Source: an uncultured Planctomycetia bacterium (lineage in GTDB: Bacteria; Omnitrophota; Gorgyraeia; CAYWPX01). Taken from it: a DNA stretch of 64,000 nt. A model generated the notes under the pieces. The model did not search any database. It saw only the letters and a list, made by a program, of their open reading frames with translations, and was not told where the DNA came from. Location: contig CAYWPX010000004.1 in NCBI GenBank assembly GCA_964460615.1, forward strand, positions 19,116-83,115, in the 5' to 3' direction. The position numbers and the translations under genes were made by a program. Positions 18,785 through 26,932 of this stretch are shown piece after piece; positions within the stretch are counted from its first letter, which is position 1; the number at the start of each line of letters is the position of its first letter.

Positions 18785-19019
18785 TTTCTAGAAGCTCCGT
18801 ACTTTTCCTTAAGAATTCTACGATCTTAAACGAATGCGACCCCTGCCAGTAGATCCGGCAACATTCCGGACATTTATAATAATCACTATGAGTGCTGTAG
18901 ATATATTGGGGTACCTGATCTTTGATAGAACCCTTATCGATCTTTACGAGCTTTTTGTTACAAAGAACACATAAGCTTAAAAACTTGTAGTTCGTCGTTC
19001 GTACTTCGTATATCGTTAA
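18777..19019 (-). pseudogene. Fragment homologous to the C-terminal zinc-ribbon half of a Mut7-C (PIN-like RNase, DUF82) protein; no start codon or N-terminal domain
   Basis: An open frame with no ATG/GTG/TTG encodes ...LCVLCNKKLVKIDKGSIKDQVPQYIYSTHSDYYKCPECCRIYWQGSHSFKIVEFLRKSTELLENG. The CxxCN...CPxC..YWxGSH pattern is the Mut7-C signature. Its 5' part is occupied by the GTAC-rich palindromic element. It overlaps the start of the PHP gene out of frame. Confidence 0.35.
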
Positions 19020-19057
19020 TTATTCTCGATGTACTATGTACGATATACGATGTACTG

Positions 19058-20347
19058 CTATTCTATAAACTTTCCATCATCAAACACCAGCTTCCCCCCT
19101 ACAAAAGTCTGGAGGATTTTAGCTTTCAACTCTTTTCCCATAAACGGAGTATTCTTGCTTTTTGAAATAATAGTGTCGTTTGTCACGGTCCATTTGGCAT
19201 TAAGGTCTGCTATAACAATATCGGCTATATTGCCTTCTTTTATATAACCAGGATCGAGTTTTAATATCTTAGCCGGATTAATAGCCAATAACCGGACCAG
19301 TTCCGATAAACTTAGCACTTTTTTCTCGACCAGCTCCATATAAGAAACGCTAAAAGCTGTCTCAAGGCCGATTATCCCGAAAGGCGCAAAATCAAATTCA
19401 ACATATTTTTCAGAGTCTGTATGGGGCGCGTGGTCAGTGGCTATCACATCTATAGTGCCGTCTTGAAGCCCAAGCCTGACCGCCTCTAAGTCGGATTTGG
19501 ACCTTAACGGAGGATTCATTTTGGTATTACTATCATAGCCAAGGCAGCTCTCATCGGTAAGTGTAAAATAATGCGGCGCTGTTTCGGCAGTAACCTTAAT
19601 ACCGGAAATTTTGGCTTTCCTTATAATATCTACCGACTCTTTTGTACTTACATGCGCTATATGTATAGGACTTGAAGCCTCTTTAGCAAGATTTATGTCC
19701 CTGTCTACTATTTCATATTCTGCCTTATTAGGTATGCCTCGAAGCCCTGTTATAGTTGAGATATAACCATGATTTACAACTCCTCTGCCGCTGAGTGATT
19801 TATTCTCAGAATGGCTGATCAGAAGTAATCCGTTTTCCCTCGATCCCTTAAGAGCCAGAAGCATCAGCTTTGCATCGTCAACCGAAGATCCGTCATCTGA
19901 AAGCGCTATAATACCCTCTTTTTTCATAGCACCAAAATCGGTCAGCTTCGCTCCAATGCGCCCTTCAGTTATTGCGCCCGAAATATACACTCTGCAAGGC
20001 GCATCAGTTCTAATTATATCCTGAACAAGCTTAACTACCTCGGGCCTATCTATGGCCGGCTCAGTATTCGGCATGCACAATATGGAAGTAAACCCGCCTT
20101 TTATAGCAGCGCGGCTGCCGGTATACACAGTCTCCTTATCTTCACGGCCGGGCTCCCTCAGATGCACATGCATATCGATAAAACCGGGAAAAACATATTT
20201 ATCCCTAGCGTCAATGATATGGTCGGCTTTTAGGTCAAGACCCCTTCCGAGCTTATCGATCTTGCCATCCGCCACAAATATATCCATCACTTCATCGATC
20301 TTATTAAGAGGATCTACGATATGTCCGTTTTTTATTAAATATTTCAT
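19058..20347 (-). CDS. pyrC: Dihydroorotase
   Basis: Motifs FPGFIDMHVHLREPG and DHAPH, 429 aa. It overlaps pyrB by 4 nt. Confidence 0.9.
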   Translation of the reverse strand: MKYLIKNGHIVDPLNKIDEVMDIFVADGKIDKLGRGLDLKADHIIDARDKYVFPGFIDMHVHLREPGREDKETVYTGSRAAIKGGFTSILCMPNTEPAIDRPEVVKLVQDIIRTDAPCRVYISGAITEGRIGAKLTDFGAMKKEGIIALSDDGSSVDDAKLMLLALKGSRENGLLLISHSENKSLSGRGVVNHGYISTITGLRGIPNKAEYEIVDRDINLAKEASSPIHIAHVSTKESVDIIRKAKISGIKVTAETAPHYFTLTDESCLGYDSNTKMNPPLRSKSDLEAVRLGLQDGTIDVIATDHAPHTDSEKYVEFDFAPFGIIGLETAFSVSYMELVEKKVLSLSELVRLLAINPAKILKLDPGYIKEGNIADIVIADLNAKWTVTNDTIISKSKNTPFMGKELKAKILQTFVGGKLVFDDGKFIE

Positions 20348-21315
20348 TCTTTATTTGACTCTCCTGCCCCGCGCTTAGCGAGGCTTACTAAATACAATAC
20401 TGCCATTCTTATCGCAATACCGTTGGTCACCTGATCGAGTATGACCGAATTTGGCCCGTCGGCAACTTCACTCGACATCTCGATGCCTCGATTGATAGGC
20501 CCCGGATGCATGACTACGATATCTTTTTTGCAATTCTTAAGGCGTTCTGTAGTGATCCCGTATTTCTTGAAATACTCTATCTTGGAAGGGAACACGACCG
20601 CCGAATCTCTCTCAAACTGCATCCTTAGAACATTAATGGCATCCGCCCCCAGAAGAGCTTCCTCAATAGAGCTCGTTACTTTTACTCCCATCTTCTCTAT
20701 ACCCTCCGGTATCAATAAAGGCGGAGCGCAAACAGTGACCTTTGCTCCCAGCTTGGTAAGGCCCCATATATTGGACCTGGCGACACGTGAATGCGCTATG
20801 TCCCCGATTATGCTCACATTGAGCCCCTCAATCCTTCCGAGTTTTGATTTCAGGGTGAACATATCGAGTAGCGCCTGCGTGGGGTGTTCGTGCCAACCAT
20901 CGCCGGCGTTAACTACGCTGACATTAACCGTCCTAGCAAGAATATTAGGAGCGCCGGAACAGTTATGCCTTACTACAATGAGGTCTATTTTAAGCGCTTC
21001 TATATTGCGCCCGGTGTCTATTAGAGTTTCGCCTTTTGTCACACTTGAGGATTCTGTCGCAATATTAATTACATCCGCCGAAAGCCTTTTTGCGGCAAGT
21101 TCGAACGAAGTTCTTGTCCTCGTGGATGGCTCATAAAATAAATTCACTACGGTTTTTCCGCGGAGCGCAGGAACTTTTTTGATTTGCCTTGTTGTGACTT
21201 CCTTAAAACCCTCTGCAGTATATAAAATCAGCTCGATCTCTTCGGGCGTCAGATATTCCAAACCCAAGAGATCCTTTTTTGTCCAAAGAATTTTATTTTT
21301 AATGCCGTTTTTCAT
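20344..21315 (-). CDS. pyrB: Aspartate carbamoyltransferase catalytic subunit
   Basis: Motifs STRTR, HPTQ and HPGP, 323 aa. It overlaps pyrR by 4 nt. Confidence 0.9.
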   Translation of the reverse strand: MKNGIKNKILWTKKDLLGLEYLTPEEIELILYTAEGFKEVTTRQIKKVPALRGKTVVNLFYEPSTRTRTSFELAAKRLSADVINIATESSSVTKGETLIDTGRNIEALKIDLIVVRHNCSGAPNILARTVNVSVVNAGDGWHEHPTQALLDMFTLKSKLGRIEGLNVSIIGDIAHSRVARSNIWGLTKLGAKVTVCAPPLLIPEGIEKMGVKVTSSIEEALLGADAINVLRMQFERDSAVVFPSKIEYFKKYGITTERLKNCKKDIVVMHPGPINRGIEMSSEVADGPNSVILDQVTNGIAIRMAVLYLVSLAKRGAGESNKE

Positions 21316-21863
21316 TTATCTACGACCTTTTCGCAAATGACGACTTCGTCCTTGCCGTCAAGCTCTGTCAACCTCACCTCAATAATTTCGTCAAGCGATG
21401 TCGGGACATTTTTGCCGACATAGTCCGCTTTTATAGGAAGCTCTCTATGTCCTCTATCGATAAGGACCGCGAGCTGTATCTCTTTCGGCCTGCCGAAATC
21501 CACCAGCTCGCTAAGTGCGCATCTGATGGTCCGGCCCGTAAAAAGGACATCGTCAACAAGTACGATCTTTTTGTCAGTGATGTCAAAATCAAGTTTAGAC
21601 TCTTCTACGACCGGCTGGGTTGACAGCTCCGTCAGATCATCTCTGTATAATGTTATATCAAGGCTTCCGCAGCGGATCTTCTTGTTTTCTAATGAACTTA
21701 TTATTTTAAAAAGCCTGTCAGCGAGGTAAACCCCTCTTCTTTTAATGCCGACTAACGCCAGATCGGTAATGTCCTTATTGCGCTCTATTATCTCATGCGC
21801 AATTCTGACAAGAGCCTTTTCTATGGCTATTGAATCCATCAGTTTTGATTTTTCTCTGATCAT
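21312..21863 (-). CDS. pyrR: Bifunctional pyrimidine operon regulator / uracil phosphoribosyltransferase PyrR
   Basis: PRTase motif [18 protein letters not shown], 183 aa. It is the first gene of the pyr operon. Confidence 0.9.
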   Translation of the reverse strand: MIREKSKLMDSIAIEKALVRIAHEIIERNKDITDLALVGIKRRGVYLADRLFKIISSLENKKIRCGSLDITLYRDDLTELSTQPVVEESKLDFDITDKKIVLVDDVLFTGRTIRCALSELVDFGRPKEIQLAVLIDRGHRELPIKADYVGKNVPTSLDEIIEVRLTELDGKDEVVICEKVVDK

Positions 21864-22083
21864 TATTTTCTCACATCTTTCAGCGATTATGCTATTGGCC
21901 TATTATGCGATTAGGTAAACCCGATCGCCTAATTGCTTAATCACTGCTTTTGTCTTTCACCTAATTACATAATCGCTTAGTCGCCCAATCACTTTCTTAT
22001 CTTTCACCCAATTGCCAAATCGCCTGATTGCCTAATCGCTATTTTTTTGACATTCCCGATCCTCAATCAAAAGAGCGGGACAT

Positions 22084-22110
22084 AAAAAAAACCGCTTAGC
22101 GCTTAACGCA
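22084..22110 (-). terminator. Candidate attenuator terminator downstream of the PyrR box
   Basis: On the minus strand a GC-rich segment GCGUUAAGCGCUAAGCGG is followed by U8 (plus-strand A8 at 22084-22091). I could not draw a clean long stem by eye. Confidence 0.35.
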
Positions 22111-22160
22111 CCAAGTGGTTTATCAGACCCCAAATCAATTTCTTATTCATTTACTTTTTT

Positions 22161-22195
22161 CCCTTGCCGGTCTCTCGGACTGGCTTAAAAGGTAC
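22161..22195 (-). promoter_or_regulatory. PyrR-binding RNA motif (anti-antiterminator loop) in the pyr operon leader
   Basis: The minus-strand RNA reads UUUUAAGCCAGUCCGAGAGACCGGCAAGGGAA. It matches the conserved PyrR box (UUUAA..UCC.GAGAGGCU.GCAAGG) and lies about 300 nt upstream of pyrR. Confidence 0.55.
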
Positions 22196-22330
22196 TAATA
22201 TTTTATTTTGCATCAGTATACGCTAAATATGAGTTATTGTCAAGATAAAAATCAAAAAAGAAAAAGGGGACAGGCTACTTTTTTTATTTTAGTTATCTCA
22301 AAAAGTAGAAAAGTAGCCTGTCCCCTTTTT

Positions 22331-22720
22331 TTACTCCTTAAGAAGTTCCTTGATTTTGAACATAAGTGTTTGCGGCTCATAAGGTTTGGTAATATAATCG
22401 TCTGCTCCTACCTCTTTAGCAAGGATTTTATCAGATTCATTGGTCCTGGCAGAAAAAATCAGTATTGGTATATTAAAATATTTTTCATCAAATTTAATCA
22501 TCCTGCAAACGCTATAACCATCTATCTTAGGAAGCATAAGATCCAGTATTATCAGATCAGGCGATTGTTTTTTTGCCATTTCAAGGCCCTCATGGCCGTC
22601 ATGAGCGACAATAACTTCATATCCGGCCGTCCTTAACCTGACCTTAAGGACCTCCACCAGGTCTTTTTCATCGTCTACAATAAGGATTTTTTTTACCATA
22701 GCTCTTTCTCCGCTCTTCAA
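22331..22720 (-). CDS. Single-domain CheY-like response regulator (receiver only)
   Basis: ILIVDDEKDLVEVLKVRLRTAGYEVIVAHDGHEGLEMAKKQSPDLIILDLMLPKIDGY with phospho-acceptor Asp, then the conserved T and K. It is a paralog of 32840..33226. Confidence 0.85.
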   Translation of the reverse strand: MKSGERAMVKKILIVDDEKDLVEVLKVRLRTAGYEVIVAHDGHEGLEMAKKQSPDLIILDLMLPKIDGYSVCRMIKFDEKYFNIPILIFSARTNESDKILAKEVGADDYITKPYEPQTLMFKIKELLKE

Positions 22721-22723
22721 ACC

Positions 22724-23971
22724 TTAGGGTTTTACAAAAAGCGCCGCGCCGTCAATCCCATCCATTTCAACTACACGAAGCTCAACCTTTCCTTCCAGGT
22801 CCACAATATTTCTTTTATTCTCATCATAATCATAATCAAAACGCTCGTCATTGCCAAGGCTCATAAAATTTATCCCGAGCTCGGTGTCCCTATTGATGTT
22901 TTCTGAAAGCACAACACTACCCGGAGGATATTCGATCTTGAAACTGGTGAACTTATCCTGCCCTGATTTATCTTTTGCCAAGCTGATCGTCGCTTCATAT
23001 ATATTCCCTGATTCGGGCTTAAACTCCAGAACAATTGTACCTCTATCCTTAAGGCCCATTACATTATAAAGGGTAAGGGCTTTAACTTTCCTTGAGTTTG
23101 GCACAAAAAAATGAGTTTCGGGCCTAAGTATTATGCCTGTTCCTATATTTGAAGAATTTCTTATGCTGCAGTAATTGAGCAGGTCTTTTTTTAAAACCTC
23201 TTTTTTGTCTTTAGCATATATCATCCCGGATATATCCACCATAATCGCAGTCACCATGGGTAAAAGTTCCGGGGCTATCTGGCCGTTTTCATTAAAATTT
23301 ATCTTCGTATTGGTATTATCATAATATTCGAAGTTGCATTTAGTCAACTCAAAATTATCAGATACTCTTTCGGGGATATCATCTATTCTTTCTTTATAAT
23401 TCTTAATAAGCTTCTTAGAGTCCGGATCAAATTTGAAGGTCATAACAGCTTTTTCGAAGGTTGATTCGGGCTGATAAATGATTTTTATATTGCTCCCAAC
23501 CGGGAGAAAATCCTGCAATATAACCTTATCGTCGGGCTTGTACTCCGTTTTATGATCGCCATAAATAAATGTTATGGGAGTCGGCAGGTAATCCTTAGCT
23601 CCTTCTTTTTTGGCTTCGACTATAGGTATCGGAGACCCGGGTTCCAATGGAAGCTCAAGGGTATATGTCCTGTCGCTTGTTATATCATAAGGCCCTTCAA
23701 CCCATGGCGGCACAAAGGCTACCGAATGCTCCCCAGCACTCAATAATTTAAGCGAATCTTTGACGCCATAAGACTCAAATTTCCCTTCACAAAGACTTTC
23801 CATCACTTCGGACATTTTTTGCTGCAGGATCACATCATTCTGCCCAAAAAAATATGCATTCATGGTAGAATACAGCATAAAGACCGTAACACCCGCTAAG
23901 ATCGACGCTATGGCAATGGAGACCAATAGTTCGATAAGCGTCATGCCGGATTGTTTTATTTTTTTAATCAT
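22724..23971 (-). CDS. Large minor pilin / pseudopilin (prepilin N-terminal methylation domain, 415 aa)
   Basis: MIKKIKQSG|MTLIELLVSIAIASILAGVTVFML is a class III signal peptide. The remainder is a large beta-rich body. Confidence 0.7.
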   Translation of the reverse strand: MIKKIKQSGMTLIELLVSIAIASILAGVTVFMLYSTMNAYFFGQNDVILQQKMSEVMESLCEGKFESYGVKDSLKLLSAGEHSVAFVPPWVEGPYDITSDRTYTLELPLEPGSPIPIVEAKKEGAKDYLPTPITFIYGDHKTEYKPDDKVILQDFLPVGSNIKIIYQPESTFEKAVMTFKFDPDSKKLIKNYKERIDDIPERVSDNFELTKCNFEYYDNTNTKINFNENGQIAPELLPMVTAIMVDISGMIYAKDKKEVLKKDLLNYCSIRNSSNIGTGIILRPETHFFVPNSRKVKALTLYNVMGLKDRGTIVLEFKPESGNIYEATISLAKDKSGQDKFTSFKIEYPPGSVVLSENINRDTELGINFMSLGNDERFDYDYDENKRNIVDLEGKVELRVVEMDGIDGAALFVKP

Positions 23972-24057
23972 AATTAATTCTTAAATTTTTAGTACGGCGT
24001 ATAGAGTACCGCGTTTTTTAACCCTATACTCCGTACGCAGAACTCTGTACAAAAAAT

Positions 24058-24462
24058 CTACTCCGTACTCGTCCATTCCAGATCTTCAAATAGCGTCACA
24101 AATTCCAAAACCGGTTTTTTTAGCATATCTGATTTAAATACTTTTATGTGTATCTCCAAAGGATCTGTTCCCGGAATAGGCTCCCTCAGGGTCCGCCATT
24201 CCATATTATTAAGTTTAAGCGGGGGTTCCGTGAGAGGAGGGCTGTAAAGATTACCGATCTCAAGTATCTGTTCTTTCGTAAAAGTCAGATTCTTCAAAGA
24301 CTCCATATTTATGCGCCCGACCATGAGCGCTGTCATTATCTCATCTGTGGCATATACCTGTTCAATTGACGCTGTAAACATTCTCATTATAGGTATTAGG
24401 CATACTCCTATTATCGTGATTGCTATCAGTAGTTCAATATAAGAAAACCCCGTAAGAGACAT
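24058..24462 (-). CDS. Minor pilin / pseudopilin (GspI/PilV-like)
   Basis: The internal start MSLTG|FSYIELLIAITIIGVCLIP gives a canonical short prepilin leader. The ORF-track start at 24513 adds an implausible 17-aa extension. Confidence 0.65.
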   Translation of the reverse strand: MSLTGFSYIELLIAITIIGVCLIPIMRMFTASIEQVYATDEIMTALMVGRINMESLKNLTFTKEQILEIGNLYSPPLTEPPLKLNNMEWRTLREPIPGTDPLEIHIKVFKSDMLKKPVLEFVTLFEDLEWTSTE

Positions 24463-24692
24463 AAAAACGCCTCTTCTTCTTAACTCTATTATTGAGCTTT
24501 GTTTAGTATGCATAATTTTTTGCTTATTCCTTACAATAATCTCTTACGCGGAAAATGCTTTTCTATTTTTCATAAATTTTAACATTTAGATGCCAGATGA
24601 CAGAAATCAGAAAACAGAAATTAGATTTTTTTCTTTTCTGTCTTCTATTCTCTGTTTTCTGTCTTCTGTTTTCTATTCTCTGTCTTCTTATT

Positions 24693-25043
24693 TTACAACG
24701 TACTATAACTAATTTGCACAGTTCTAACCGCCCTATTTACCTCGCCAAAAGCCGTGATAGTAGAGGTTTTATAATCATGTATCGCCCAGTATTCGCCGGC
24801 ATTAAGTTTTTTCTTCGAAACATTTCCTATACCATCACCGTCGGGATCAAGGCCTGTCCTTATCTCATAAAGAGATTTAGCCAATCCCCCCTCTGCCAGA
24901 TACAAGGCCTCCTGCCTATCCACTTCGCTTTGTACTAATGTAATCCTAGAAAAAAGCAGGGCTATCAAAGATAGCCCTACAAGCGTAAAAAACGAAAGCA
25001 TTATTATGGTTATTATAAGTATGTAACCTTTTTTGTTATTCAT
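24693..25043 (-). CDS. PilX_N-like minor pilin
   Basis: MNNKKGYILIITIIMLSFFTLVGLSLIALLFSRITLVQSEVDRQEALYLAEGGL resembles PilX N-terminal domains. The ORF-track N-terminal extension (MAHEK...) is encoded by the heptamer repeats and is rejected. Confidence 0.55.
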   Translation of the reverse strand: MNNKKGYILIITIIMLSFFTLVGLSLIALLFSRITLVQSEVDRQEALYLAEGGLAKSLYEIRTGLDPDGDGIGNVSKKKLNAGEYWAIHDYKTSTITAFGEVNRAVRTVQISYSTL

Positions 25044-25130
25044 GAAATTTATTGCTCCCGGCTCCAGGCTACAAGCTCCAAGCTCAATAAGTTTTTCATG
25101 AGCCAAGAGCCATGAGCCAAGAGCTAGTGT

Positions 25131-25592
25131 TTACCATTCCCTCGGAACCTGGCCGGAATAATCCCCCCATTTTGAATCCAGAGGATTCTTTATGTTAATA
25201 TAAACTTCCGCTGTGTCCGGGTGATACAGCCATCCCCCTTCGCTATATGCCGGTTCTTCGTTTGATACCGAATCAATATAAGTATTATTACCGGATTTTG
25301 AGCTTACAAGCTCAGGAGGCATTTTGGATAAATACGGCTTTTTCACTCCCAGATCAAGATACTGAGTTGTCAGTAGATCACCCAGGGTGGCAGGATATCT
25401 ACCTTCTTTGGCCCTAAAAAGAGTTATGCGATTCCTCAGAGAATCAAGATTTGTTTTTGAAGATGTTATTCGCGCCTCGACGTCAAACCCGATAAAATTC
25501 GGAATAAGCGTCGCAGCTAAAATTCCGAGTATAGCTATGACTATGAGTAGCTCTATGAGGGTGAATGCTAATTTGTAAGAATTGTTGTGCAT
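25131..25592 (-). CDS. Major pilin / GspG-PulG-like pseudopilin
   Basis: MHNNSYKLA|FTLIELLIVIAILGILAATLIPNF followed by a GspG-like body (..TNLDSLRNRITLFRAKEGRYPATLGDL..), 153 aa. Confidence 0.7.
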   Translation of the reverse strand: MHNNSYKLAFTLIELLIVIAILGILAATLIPNFIGFDVEARITSSKTNLDSLRNRITLFRAKEGRYPATLGDLLTTQYLDLGVKKPYLSKMPPELVSSKSGNNTYIDSVSNEEPAYSEGGWLYHPDTAEVYINIKNPLDSKWGDYSGQVPREW

Positions 25593-25708
25593 GTTAAACT
25601 CTCCTATTTTCGTCGTTCGACTTTCGTACTTCGTACATCGTTTTTAAAGTTACTTTTATTATTTTATCTTTGTCGATGTACTATGTACGAAGTACGATGT
25701 ACTGCTTT

Positions 25709-26926
25709 TTAATGTCTAAAAACTTTTATCAAATTAAAGATCGGCATAAGTACCGATAGCGCGATGAAACCTACCATCAGCCCCATGGATAAAAGAAGCG
25801 CCGGTTCCATAATCGTAACCATATTCTTAATGGAGCTCTCTACTTCTCTATCATAAAAAGAAGCTATCTCAAAAAACATCTGGTCGAGCTTTCCGCTCTT
25901 TTCTCCTACGTTTATCATCTGGACGACCATTGCCGGGAAGAGCCCGCTTGCCTTAAATGCCTCAGTCAGGCTTCCGCCTTCGGAGATAAAAACCCTAATG
26001 TCCTGTATTATCCTGCGCATAAACGTATTTGTTATCGTCTTTTCAAGTACCAAGAGCGATTCCAGCATTGGAACACCGGATTTTGTCATGGACCCAAGCG
26101 TCCTTACAAATCCCGCTATGAGTGTTTTGAGATAAAGATCGCCAAAAACCGGTATTCTAAAAAGTTTTTTATCGAGATTAAATCTTCCTTTAGGGCTCGC
26201 CTTATATGCTTTAAACCAAATATAAAGCCCAAAAATCATCGCTGCAAACACATACCAGAAGTTCCTTATCAAAAAACTCATTTTTAGAAGCACTAAAGTT
26301 GGTATCGGAAGCTTGGCTCCGGCAGTTTCAAATAGAGACGCAAATTTAGGAAGAACCACCGCTACCATGAAAGTTATAACGCTTAAACCGACTACCACGA
26401 GAATCAATGGATATATGGCGGCTGATTTTATCTTCCCTTTTGTTTCAAGTTCATGAAGGCCGGTAGTCGCAAGCCTATCCAATACCTCGTCAAGGTTACC
26501 GGCCGTCTCAGCCACTTTGACCATCGAAGCGTAGGTTTCGGGGAAAACCTTTGGATAGAGCCTAAGAGTTTCGGAAAAACTTTTACCTTTTTCAATATCT
26601 TCTAAAATTGCCTTAATGATAACTTTAAAATTTTTATCTTTAGCCTGGTCGAGAAGACCTTCAAGAGCAGTTGTGATGGCAACACCCGAATGAAGCATGG
26701 TGGATAACTGTTTAATAAAAAGTATTACTTCCTGCTCCGAGATCTTTTTTGGTTTAAAACCAAATTTTTCAAATGCTTTCTTTATCTCGGTCTTTTCTTT
26801 GACATATACTACCGTATAACCGAGCTGCTTAAGGCCCTTGGCGACCGTAAACTCATCTTTACCGTCGATAGACCCATCCAGTAAATTCCCCTGACGGTCA
26901 CGCGCTTTATATGTGTATTGTGTCAT
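25709..26926 (-). CDS. pilC: Type IV pilus / T2SS platform protein PilC/GspF
   Basis: 405 aa with two GspF-type cytoplasmic domains and three TM segments. It ends in the typical MPIFNLIKVF. Confidence 0.85.
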   Translation of the reverse strand: MTQYTYKARDRQGNLLDGSIDGKDEFTVAKGLKQLGYTVVYVKEKTEIKKAFEKFGFKPKKISEQEVILFIKQLSTMLHSGVAITTALEGLLDQAKDKNFKVIIKAILEDIEKGKSFSETLRLYPKVFPETYASMVKVAETAGNLDEVLDRLATTGLHELETKGKIKSAAIYPLILVVVGLSVITFMVAVVLPKFASLFETAGAKLPIPTLVLLKMSFLIRNFWYVFAAMIFGLYIWFKAYKASPKGRFNLDKKLFRIPVFGDLYLKTLIAGFVRTLGSMTKSGVPMLESLLVLEKTITNTFMRRIIQDIRVFISEGGSLTEAFKASGLFPAMVVQMINVGEKSGKLDQMFFEIASFYDREVESSIKNMVTIMEPALLLSMGLMVGFIALSVLMPIFNLIKVFRH

Positions 26927-26932
26927 ATAGGT

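Noticed and set aside
18546-18791. Plus-strand ORF 18546..18791
   Set aside because: It is antisense to the PHP-domain gene and the Mut7-C fragment. It has no motifs.
22208-22636. Plus-strand ORF 22208..22636 (142 aa)
   Set aside because: It is antisense to the well-supported CheY-like regulator 22331..22720 and to the pyr leader. The product is lysine- and phenylalanine-rich junk.
24463-24513. N-terminal extension MHTKQSSIIELRRRGVF of ORF 24058..24513
   Set aside because: It would make a 23-aa prepilin leader. The internal Met gives the canonical short leader MSLTG|F.
25044-25106. N-terminal extension MAHEKLIELGACSLEPGAINF of ORF 24693..25106
   Set aside because: It is encoded by the AGCCAAG/AGCCATG heptamer repeat tract. 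The internal start MNNKKGY gives a proper hydrophobic pilin N-terminus.
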